Source of the DNA: Geosiphon pyriformis uo1
Taxonomy: Eukaryota; Fungi; Glomeromycota
NCBI GenBank assembly: GCA_016748015.1
Contig: JAAOMT010000436.1
Span: 362,703-426,702 of the forward strand
DNA length: 64,000 bases
Direction of reading: 5' to 3'
The notes beneath the pieces are model-generated. The model saw nothing but the letters and a program-made list of their open reading frames with translations. It was not told the DNA's origin and made no database searches. Both the position numbers and the translations under genes were made by a program. Below, piece after piece: positions 39,368-51,106 of the stretch (the first letter of the stretch is position 1; the number at the start of each line of letters is the position of its first letter).

Positions 39368-40745
39368 CTAAGTTTGGTTGTTGTTCTATTATAATTATTG
39401 GTTCTAAATTTCGGGGAATATCTTTAGCATTAATTAAAAAGGAATGTGTACCAATTTGTGGAATTAATGTTTTAGGATTGTTTCTGAAATGATAGTGTTT
39501 CAATCTGTCTCTATGTATAACTTTTGCTAGTATTTTATCATCAAGTCTTAACTTGTATGATCTATTGTCTAGAATTTCGTGAATATAAAATGGTCCATCC
39601 TATTTGTTTTCAAATTTTCCACTCCATTATTTTTCAGCCTTAGTTCTGTGTAAGAGAACTTTATTTTCAACTTTAAATTTGTTGATAATGAGTGGTAATT
39701 TGTTGTTATGTCTTTCTTTTTGTTGAGCTTGGAAATATTCAATATGAGTTGCTGCTATCTTTTTTTTTCCTTCTAATGTACTGAGAAGAGTGTAGGCTCT
39801 TCTTTGAAGTGTTTCTTGAAAGTTTTTTTCATTGATTGGTTGCACTGGGTATGTTTCTACTGTGAAATTAATTGGTAATGTTGCTGTTCTTCCATAAATA
39901 AGGTCAAATGGTGTGTGTTTTGTAGTATCTTGTTTTAGTGTTCTGTATGCTAGTAATACTGATGGAATAAAGATATCCCATTCCTGCTCAAAGTCTGTTG
40001 AGACTTTGGCTAGAGATTCACACAATGTTCTGTTGAAACGTTCTACAAGTCCATTTGTTTAAGGGTAATAAAATGATAATAGAGATCTTTTGACATTGAA
40101 TTATTCACAAATTTTTTGTATCAAGTTGTTCACAAAATGTGTTCCTTGATTAGATAAGAGTTCAATTGGACATCCATTTCTACAAATAATGTCTTCATAG
40201 ATGAAATTTGCTACTGATTTTGCATCTGCTTTTTGGATGGCTCTAGTTTTAAGCCATTTAGTAAGATAATCTACTGCTACTGCAATATAGTGATTTCCTT
40301 GGGTTGTAATAGATAATGGTCCGACTAAATCAATTCCAACTTTGTCAAAAGGTTGTCCAACTTTGATTGGATTTAAAGATTCTGTGGGGCAAGTTCCTTC
40401 TCTTTTTTGACAACTATCACAAGATTCTATATATTGTCAAATGTCTTTTTGCATGTGAGACCAAAAATAATGTTCAAGAGTTCTTTGAATTGTTCCATTT
40501 CTTCCCAAGTGTGCTGAAAACAGATCTGTGTGCATGTTATATAAAATTGTTTCTTTTTCATTCTCTTGTACTAATCTGAGTGGTTGGTTTGGGTTTCTGT
40601 GATTTTTATAATAGATTTTGTTGTGGTGTATAAAATATTGCTTTGATTGGTGTTGTAAACGATGTTTTTCACTTGGAGACCAATTTTCTGGCATGGTAAG
40701 AGTCTCCAAATAGTTTTTAAGATTGCTGTAGTTTCTGGGATCTAT
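39368..40745 (-). pseudogene. Element D integrase
   Basis: MHTDLFSAHLG, VGIDLVGP, LSNQGTHF, VERFNRTL, DGPFYI. Confidence 0.9.
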
Positions 40746-42772
40746 TGTTGTTTGGTTATTTTGTTGGTAGGTTGGTAAGTTATGGTGAAATTGTTGTTGG
40801 TGTTAGTCTTGTCTCATTCTTGAAAGGCTATCAACATTGGTGTGTAGTTTTCCTGGTTTGTGATATACAATATATCTGTAGTCTGCTAGGAAGTTATTCT
40901 ATTGAGACTGTTTGGCACTTTGTTCAGTTTTCTTTTTATTAAGCCATTTAAGACCAATATTGTCAATTATTATGTCAAATTCTTTTCCATTCTTCAAGTA
41001 TTGTTGAAAATGTTTAAGAGCCCAGATGACTGCAGCAGCTTCCAATTCAGTTGAGCCATATTTGAATTCTGTTGGCTTGAGTGTTCTACTGGCATAGGCA
41101 ATAACTTGTTCCTGGCTATTTTCATTCAATTGTGATAAAATGGCACCAAATGCTATGTGTAAAGCATTAGTGGTTAATTGAAACCATTTGTTGAAGTCTG
41201 GATAAACAAAAACTGGGGCTGTTGTCAATTTTGTTTTGAGAGTTTCAAAAGCTTTTTGTTGTTCTTTAGTCCATTTGTATGGCATGTTTTTGTTGGTAAG
41301 ATAATTGAGTGGTTTGGCAATTTCTGAGAATCTTTTTATGAATTTTTGATAGTAAGAGGCTAATCCTACAAATCCTCTTAGTTCTGTGGTATTTTTGGGG
41401 GTTTGAAAGTTTTTGACAGCACTAATTGTTCCTGGATTTGGTTTGACTCCATCTTTACTAATTATGTGTCCAAGAAAGATCAAGCTTGTTTTTCCAAAGT
41501 GACATTTCTCAATGTTTAACTTTAATCCTGCTTTTTATAATCATTGAAAAACTTCATGCAGGTGAATAAGGTAGACTTTAAAGCTTAGTGAGTATACATC
41601 AGTATCATCAAGATAGACAACTACTAATTGCCACAAAAGCCCTTTATATACAATATCCATGAGTTGCTGAAATGTTGCTAGTGCATTGCAGAGTCCAAAA
41701 GGCATAACATTGAATTCATAGTTTCCTTCTTGGGCAGTAAATACTGTTTTGGGTTGGTCTTTTGGGTCTATTTCGACTTGCCAGTATCCACTTTCCAAGT
41801 TCAAAGTTGAGAAGAACTTGGCTTTTCCTAAAGCATCTAACATGTTATCAATTCTTGGAAGAGAGTAGGCATTGTTACAGGTGATTATTTCTGCTGTTGA
41901 ATTAAATAACAAACCTGTAACTTGGTGCTCAAAAGCTACTTCCATTAAGGCTGTTCTGCAGGTGCTGTATCTGAAGGTTTTGATGGATCTGAAGGTTTTG
42001 GTTAAGTCCTTTGTATAATGAACAGAGATTTAATAGTGTCAATAGTAGAGATATTTTCCAAGAGTTTTCCTAATTTCTTTCTCAGTGTGGTGGCTGGATT
42101 TAGTCTAGCAGTTGTGCCCTTCTGGTAAGCTATCTGATAATATATAAAAATCCTATTCATATTTCTGGGTCTTTTACCAGGCTATCCTTGACATTAATAA
42201 CTCAGCGCTTAATCTTTTATCAATTAGTATATAACAACAAATCAAAATAAAATAAAGAAAAAAGAAATAAAAGGAAATAAAGAAAGCAAAGAAATAAGCC
42301 AAGGTAATTTGCAGATTAGTATCCCATCAATAGCCATGATCAAGAGCTATTGTTCTAGCATGGTCAAGTATCAATTACTATCAACATGAAGGGTTGATAG
42401 TGAGGAATTGGATGGAGATATAAAATAATTATTTATTTGATGATTGCGTTTTTAGGCTAAAGATTCTGTAGTATCAATTCTGTCTTTTCTGTTTCTAACA
42501 CTACTGCTATATATATCCATAATTAAGATTTTTTAATTCCTCAATTCTTTATGACAGAAATTCTGGAATTCCTGGAATCCTGCGATTCCTTTGAGAGGAA
42601 TCCTGGAATTCTGGAATCCTGCAATTTCTCATTGGGAATCCTGAAATTCTTGGAATCCTGCAATTCCTGAGAGGAATCCTGAAATTCCATATTTACTATG
42701 CTTACTTCTGATTGGCTAATAATTATGCTAATATATTTCTTATATTTCTATGAGTAACATTATTCCCTCCTT

Positions 42773-43432
42773 TTAATATTGAGCTCTGTCAAAATCTAAC
42801 TCATGTAATTCCTCCTCTTGAAGTATTTCCTGGATTTTGTTTTCGAGAATTACTTGTGTTATTTGGGTCTGTAATTCTTCAAATTAAGCATTGGTGATTT
42901 TTCTCAATTGATTACTGGTAACCATATCCATTGCTCTGTTGAGCAATATTTCTGGTTTATCTTGAAATGCTGTGTGTATTCGGTATATGGCTCGGGCTTG
43001 TGTAGATAAGTTGCTCTTTTCCACAAAATATTCTAATTGTTGTAGTACTCTTTGGTCGAATAATTGCTTTGTTTTATCCATATATAGATTCTGGATATTT
43101 ACGTATTGTCCCAAGTAAAAATAACAATAGTTTTGTGGAAATTGTTGTATCCACTAATTCCAAGTTTCTTTAGTCAACTCTTGATATAGTGACTCCTTTG
43201 TCGATTCTTTTATTGCTAATTTTACTTTTGCCATGATTTTGTCCACAGTATTTTCAGTTTTCTTCTGTGTTCTGAGTTGAAATGTCTTTCTAGTATCTTG
43301 ATATTGAATGGTTTGTTGATTGATTGTAATCTCCATTTTCTGGTGTTGGATTAATTGAAAAAGTTGTTGTGCTAGTAAGTGAATGTTGTCTGTAATTTCC
43401 ATTTTTCTGATATTTCCTGTCGCGTCTACCAT
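42773..43432 (-). pseudogene. Element C ORF3 (~219 codons), uncharacterised
   Basis: Own ATG 24 nt after the integrase stop; ORF-track 43154-43432 and 42884-43114 are in one frame; ends DFDRAQY*. Confidence 0.75.
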
Positions 43433-43456
43433 GTCTTTATATATTCTTTTGATGGA

Positions 43457-44839
43457 TCAATTTAACGTGTTGTTGTTAATAATAATGATTGGTTTCCGGT
43501 CTTGTGGAATCTCATCTGGTTGGACTAGTATTCTCTGTACTCTTAATTGTGGAATATTACTGGTAGATGGTAGTGTGATGTTGTGATATGGTTTCAGTCG
43601 ATCTCTATGTGCTGCTTTAGTTAAAATTTTGTTATTCAATCTTAATTTGTAAGCTCCATTTCCTAGAATTTCTTCTATGTGAAATAATCCATCCCATTTG
43701 GGGTCAAATTTTCCACTTCATTGTTTTTCCGCTTTGGTACAATGTAGTAATACTTTGTCTCCGATCTTGAATTCAGCTGGTTTGTCTGATAGTTGACTAT
43801 TATGTGTTTCTTTCTGTGTTTCTTGTGACTTTTGAATATTATCAGCTGCTCTTCTTCGTTTGTTTTCCAATGTTTCTATTAAGTCATATGTTCTTCTCAG
43901 CAATGTTTCTTGAAAATTTTCTTCTGTTATTGGTTCAGCTGGATATGTATTAATTTTTCTCTCTACTGGTAACGTTGCTATTCTCCCATATACTAATTCA
44001 AATAGTGTTGCTTGTGTAGTATCCTGTTTTGTTGTCCGATAAGCAAATAGTACTGATGGTATGAACAAATCCCAATCATTCTGGTTTTCTTGGCTGAGCT
44101 TGGCTATTGCTTCACACAATGTTCTGTTGAATCTTTCTACTAATCCATTGGTTTGTGGATGGTATGGTGATGATAATGGTCTCTTGATTCCGAATCTTTG
44201 GCTTAATTCTGTTAATGTTCTGTTCACAAAATGAGTTTCTTGGTCTGATAATAATTCTTTTGGACATCCATGTCAACAAATCAAATCCTGATGAACGAAT
44301 TCGGCAACGGATTCTGCATCCGCTCTTTGAATTGCTTTTGCCTCTGGCCATTTAGTAAGATAGTCCATAGCTACTGCTATGTATCTGTTTCCTCTGCTGG
44401 TGATTGTTAATGGTCCGACTAAATCAATTCTCATACAGTCAAATGGTTGTTTCACTTTGATTGGTCTTAATGGTTTACTGGGTCTTGTTCCTCCTCTTCA
44501 CTGATAAGCATCACAATTTTGCACATATTGAATAATGTCTGAGTACATTGATGGCCAATAGTATTTTTTTCTAGTTCTTTCTATAGTTGCTTCTTTGTAA
44601 AAATGTCCTGCTGTTAGATTTGAGTGCATGTTGAATAATATTGTCTCTTTTTCTGGCTCTGTAATTACTCTAATTGGTTGATCTGAATCCCTTCTATTTT
44701 TCCGATAAAGTATATTTTGGTGAGTGATAAAATATTTTGATTGTTGTTTGATACTCTTTCGTTCTGTATGAAATAAATTCTCCTTGAACTGTTAAGTGTT
44801 TAGATAATGTTGCAATTGTTAATATTTTTGTATGTTCAT
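43457..44839 (-). pseudogene. Element C integrase
   Basis: ATG at 44839; HHCC remnant, RIDLVGP, LSDQETHF, PYHPQTNGLVERFNRTL. Confidence 0.93.
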
Positions 44840-44902
44840 CTTTTTGTTGTATTTTTCATTGGTATTGTTCTGGTTTTATTATATTTTTGGGTTGAAATGT
44901 TC

Positions 44903-47900
44903 TTAGATTTGTCCTATTCGTGATAAACCGTCAGCATTTCCGTTGTCTTTTCCCTTTTTGTAATGTATAGTATAATTGTATGGTGCAAGTGCCATTTTCC
45001 ATCTTGACTGTCTTCCATCTCCAAATTTTTGTTTTTGAAGTGATGTTAATCCCTTGTGATCTGTGTATACTTCAAACTTCTGGCTCAAGTATTCTTTCTA
45101 TTTCATGACGGCCCAGTATATTGTTAAGTGTTCTTGTTCCGGTGTTCCATAGTTCTTTTTGGTTGGTGTTAAACCTCTGCTGGCATATGCTACTGGATGT
45201 TCTTTACCGTCCAGTCCTTTCTGAGATAATACTGCTCCCAATGCTTGGCTGGATGCATCGGTGGTGATAATGAATGGTTTGTTGTAATCTGGATAGATCA
45301 GTACTGGAGCTTGGATGAGCTTTTTCCTCAGAATACCAAAAGCTTCTTGTTGACTTTCTGTCCATTCATATTTCGTGTTTTTGTTTTGTAGTTGATTAAG
45401 TGGCTGCACTATCTTGGAAAAGTTCTTGATAAAATGATGATAGTAGCTGGCAAATCTCAAGAATGATTTCAGTTCTGTTATATTGGTCAGCACTGAAAAG
45501 TTCTTTACTATCTCTATTTTCTCTGGATCCATTTTGATGCCATTTTTGCTGACTATGTGTCCCAAGAATTTGAGTTCTGTTTTGCCAAAGAAGCATTTTG
45601 TCATATTCAACTTCAGTTCTGCCCTTCTCAGTCTTTCGAACACTTGTTGAAAATAATGAAGATGATCATCAAACATCTTTGAGAATATATTGGTGTTATT
45701 CAAGTATACAACTACTGATTTCCACAATAAGCCAGTATAAATGATTTCCATTAGCCATTGGAAAGTTGCTGGGGCATTGGTTAAGCCAAATGGCATCACT
45801 TCAAATTCGAAATTCTCTTCTCTAGTAGTAAATACCGTCTTCTCTTTGTCAGCTGGATTCATGGCTACTTGCCAGTAACCACTGTCCAAATCTAATGTGG
45901 AGAACCATTTGTTCTCACTGAAAGCATCAAATAATTCTTGTATTTATGGAGTTGGATAACTGTCTCCACGAGTTACACCATTGAGTTTTCTGTAGTTTAT
46001 ACAAAACCGGATTTTTCCATTTTTCTTATGGACAAGTACTACTGATAACAACCATGGGCTCATTGATGGTTGAATTAGCCCATTGTCAAGCATTCTGTTT
46101 ATCTCTTGACGAATAATCTCATGGCTGGCTGGCGGCACTCTGTATGCTCTTTGTTTAATTGGCATTACATCTCCAGTCTTGATCTGATGCTAGATGATGT
46201 CAGTTCAGCCAAACTCATTTTCACTGGCAAAGATGTCATTGAAATTGTTGAGTAACATCTTGAGCTGCATACATTGGAGTGGATCTAAGTTTCCCATGTT
46301 TATTTGTTCCAATTGTTCTGGTTGGAGTAAATAACATTCGTCTTGTCCATAGATTGTCTGTGATGTGATGTCAACATATTCACAAAGTTGTGGAAAGTCT
46401 GGAATAAAGTTTGGTGGTTGGTCTTCTATTTTTGTGGTTAGATATCCAATAGTGGTTCCTTCTGGTATGTTGATGACATTATCAGTGTTGTTGTAGATGG
46501 GAATTTTTATGCTGCTATAGCTTTTGGCTAGTATGTGGAGATTGATCAACCCAATCTCTTCTGATTCACAAAGGGTTGCTTCTGCTTCAAAAATCTGTTC
46601 TTGCTCCTTTTCCTTCCTTTCTATTGCTAACATGTACTGGCTATATGGTGGAATGAAAATAGCTTGACCAGTTGAGATAATTTCTCCTTGGCCAACAATT
46701 TTTTTCTCTGCCATGTTAACTGGTACATCTATTCTACCTGTGGATCTGAATCCCTGTATTCCTCTCACCATTATTCCTAATTCCTCCCTTTTTCTCACTA
46801 ATACTAACTGAGCTATTCTAACCAGAGGCAGGAATATTGCCTGTGCTATCTTTTCATTGGGCTCTATTACATAGGTCTTTTCTGAGTCATTTTGTAGCAT
46901 AGTGATGATATTTCCTACATATCCCACGTTAATTATTCCTCCTCTTATATTGATCCCTCTTTTTGCTAAACTACTTCTAGATGCTAATTGAATCATTGTT
47001 GTTGCTGGAATTTCTAGTGCTATTTTCAGATCAATGCAGGTGTGTGAACATGGTTCTAATTTGATGGCATTTTTTCCTGGATATCTCAGATCAAACCCTG
47101 CATCTGTGTCATGCACATGTTCTGGCATAATACCTTCTCTATTGTCACTATATCATTTCAACTCTTGTTCCTTGGAGAGGTCTGGTAGTGCAATGTATTG
47201 TTCATAGTTTACATTGGGTTTTGAATCTGAGTCTGAATCGTTTTCATCGTTATTGTCAATTTGAACGAAGCTTGAACTGTTGTTATCGTCATCATCGTCG
47301 GAGTTTGAATTGCAATTGATCGGCGATTTTGATTCTGATGCGCAGCTGCTGATTGGTTCTTCTTCTTCAGGGATTGAGTAGATTATGTGTGGTGGTGGAT
47401 TGTAAATAAGGTCACACTTATCACAATACTGGAAGTCACAGAGAATTAGGCAGTATTGACATAGTCGAGCATTCAACTGCTCTAACCGTTGTTCTTGTTC
47501 TTCCCTTGTGGGTGCTAATTCTTGGTAGTGTTCGTGAAATTGTTCCAGATCCAGGAGGTTTATAATGGGTTCTGTGTCCCAGTCAAGCTCTAAAGGTTCT
47601 GGGGGGTTGTTTTTGATTGTTTTTATCTCTTCTGGCATCACTCCTTCAATTTTTACAAGTGCCATTCACCAAATTTGGTCATCATCATGTGGACAACTGT
47701 CCAGTCGCTGCATGGCTCTTCTCCAGGCTGCTTCTATTGGGGTTCCTTTCCTTATCCAGTCACTTATTAGAATTGTGTATTGACACAACACGTCACACGT
47801 TCCTCCCCATCTTGGAATGTTGTTCCACATCTTTTCATCTAGCAGGGTCTCCTCACAAGCGAGACAAGGTTGGTTATCCCATTTTCCTTGCCTCTTTGGT

Positions 47901-50900
47901 TGTCCGAAGCATTTGAGTAAGCATAAATGACAGTAGAATTTTGTTGCGGTGTGGTATTCCTTATTGTTGCCACAGCATGCACCTATTGACGACAATTTCT
48001 TGCCACAATCAATGCATATAAGCTTAGGTCAATGATAGGTAGATCGTTGTGAAATAATATAGGTGTTATAAGCGGTGGTGGTTTGGGTGGTCTCTTTTTC
48101 TTTTTCTTTCCCTTTATTTTCTTTGTTTTCTTCCTATTCTCAGCTTAACATCAGTTTGCTCTTGTCATTGTCAGTTCATGTCAGGTCATCGGTTTCCCAG
48201 ATAAGTTTTTCCTTTTGTTTCCCTTTTTTCTTGTTGTTGTCGTCCCAAGAGAGTATTGGCGGCAGCTCGTTGTGCTCTTCATCAGCCCATGATACTTGGT
48301 AGGCTTCTCAGATAGACTTTTTTTTCTCCTTCTCCAGTTTGATCAATAGTTTCTCTCTTGGAGGCATTTTGAAGTGGCCACACATGGCCGGAACACGTAT
48401 GTGTTGGCCCTGATATGTTAGCTGAAATTCCTGGGTGTTCTAGTCTAATGTTGCATTGACTTTGGATAGCCAGTTATTACCAACGAGAGCTTAGTATTGA
48501 GTGGCTTCCATTACTAAAACTTTAATAGGAGTTACGATGCCATTGACTTCAAAAGGAAACTCATCGATTTCACCGATTGGAGTTTTGGTCACTCTGTCGG
48601 CTGTGATAATTCTGGCGCTGGCAGCTCGATCAACTCGGTGACCTAATTGATCCATGAGTTGTCGTGTGATTATGCTGCCAGCTAATCCACTATCTAGGAT
48701 GAGTTTGATGGGGTGACCATCAACTCTGATATCCGTGTACATTGCTGTTATGGGTTTCTCTTCGAGGGTGGCTCCACTGAATAACAGTATTGGTGTGTTT
48801 TCTTCTAGTTCGAAAGGAAAAATGGCTGCTAGAGATTCATCGCTAGAGATGGTTGCCAGTGGAATTGTGTTAGTAGGTACATGCTGATTGAATTCTGTGT
48901 TGTTGGATGTAGCGTTTTCTGGGGTAACCAGGAGACTTAAATAATGTTGGGAATTTGGGTTTTGGACGCGACTGGTATCCAAATTCCGGGTGCGTGATTT
49001 TGATGGTGGGTCTAGCAAATGGGGAATCAGTTGGTAAACAACCATCGCCGATCTCCAGTTTTGAGTGACTCTGGATTGAAGGTTGCCTGATGTCATTTGA
49101 GCTGGGTTCTGGGGCAGTGTTTGAATTGGTTGGGATTGATAGATGATTTGTGGCTGTGGTTGATATATTACTTGTGGCTGCGGCTGATAAATCAAAGGTT
49201 GATATACTGATGGTTGATAGATTGGTTGCTGCATTATTGGCAGGTAATTATTCCGATATTGGTCTTGACTTTGATTTGGATAATGATTCGGAGTTTGGAA
49301 CCAGTAATCAGGGTTTCAATATTGATTTCCTGATTGTTGGTTATTTAAACGTTAATGACAGTCAATTTGGATATGTCCTTGGTTACCACAATAGTGGTAG
49401 ATATGCATTTTCTGTTGCCACTGTTGATTGGTTGATGAAGATGAACACGGTTGATTTTGGCCACGATTAGGATGTCCTTGATTATTGTGTTGTTGTGGGG
49501 GCTGATAAATGGCATGATTGTTAGCTAAGTATCCTTCCAATCTCTTATTAATTGATTCACTGAACTTCTCCAATTTGGAATCTAATTCAGATGATCTGTT
49601 CATTACTAGATTAATGGCTTGGGCATAGTTAGTCTCTGACTCAGTGGATTCAAAATCTCTGGTATGTGTGACTGTGTCTTGAAGCATGCCAGAATGCAAT
49701 GGACGTACATGTTGCAAGATGCTGCTGCATAGGCCACGGATAAACTGGTTGAGTATCTGTGGTGCTGTGAAATAGTTGTCATCAATTGCTTGAATTTGGC
49801 GCAAGTTTTGATGGAAGCATCCCAGGTAAGTGGTGACTGTTTTAGTTTCTCCTTGTTTCATGGTGGTAAATATATTGACTAGGTGATTGATGCTATTGTT
49901 GTTGCTGAAGTATCTTAGGAATTCCACTTTGAAGGCATTGAAATCTTGTGGTTTATTAACCAAGCTCTGATATCATGAATCGGCGGTATCTTTGAGAAAG
50001 TAGGGAATGGCTTGTATTGCTTGAGCATCATTCCATCCGTTGACTGCGATGGCCTTTTCTACATCATTCAGCCATATTTGAGTATCATCCTCTTCGCCAG
50101 TAAAGTTGTTGAGTTTTGTGATGGGTGCATAGGCCATTAAGTCTAAGTTAGGTGGTTGTGGTGACTGTTGAAGTAGTTGTTAGGGTGGTAGTTGAAGTGG
50201 CTGCTGTATGGGTTCGGCTATGGGATTAATTGGCAGTTGATCGATGACAATTACTGGAGGTAAGTTTTGCTGATTAATTATTTCGGGGTTTTGATTTCTT
50301 GGATTTGGCAGCATTTGAATATTCAGAGTTTCGATTTCTGGATTTTCTAATTGTTGCTGAGTTTGAATGTTCAGGGTTTTAACTTCCGGGTTTTCAAGGA
50401 TCAGGTGTAGGTAAGTGAATTCTTGATCCTCTGATTCTTCTTCCTCCTTTTTTGATTTTGCTGCTTCCCATGGATCAGAAATTCCGAAATCTGGTGGAGA
50501 TGATAGTAATTGAAGTCCTGATGGGGTTGATGATCGCAAATTAAATCTCTTAAAGTATTCGCCGTATGGTCTTAACAATTCTGTTTTCTTTTGTCTACTT
50601 TGGAATGGAAATCGTCCAAATGCTGATGTCACAGTTGATGAGAATGCATCAGTTGATAATATGTTGATGGCACTTCCAGGTGTATAGTGGTAGGATGGGT
50701 TGCTTGAGGATTCAACTCTGTTTTTCTTCCAAGCAAGTGGCTGTAATTTTCTGGGTGTTACTGCTGGTGTTTGTAATTTTTCCTTGCTTTTACTAGCATA
50801 TGTAATTGGATATCTTTGTTGAGTGTGGTGTTCAATTTCTTTGTTGATCTCAGTGATGATGGATGCAAAATTATGATTTGTTGGTAGGTTGGTGTTTTGA

Positions 50901-51106
50901 ATTAATTCTTTATAGAAAGTTTCTCTTGCTGATTCAGTATTCACTGGTGTTCCTAATAAAGAGGAAATCTTTTTGTTGATGTAAAAATTAAAGGCTGATT
51001 CGGTGAATATATAATTGTGGTTTAATTCCAAGTATTGACAATAGTGTTGAAATAAAGATTTTGCAAATCCTAAATGGTTTGCTCCTATGTTTTCTGATTC
51101 TGCCAC
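44903..51106 (-). pseudogene. Element C gag-PR-Cys-rich-dUTPase-RT-RNase H polyprotein, single frame, broken only by stops
   Basis: All ORF-track fragments start in the same frame; LILDSG protease, DAGFDL/RSSLA dUTPase, VMPFGLTNAPATF RT, TTDAS and NADGLSR RNase H. Confidence 0.95.

Noticed and set aside
42773-43432. ORF3 as an env gene
   Set aside because: No signal peptide, furin-plus-fusion peptide or transmembrane anchor is visible, and it is short
43457-43640. Chromodomain at the integrase C-terminus
   Set aside because: No YLVKW/TWEP-type motif; the protein ends shortly after the GPY/F and SH3-like region
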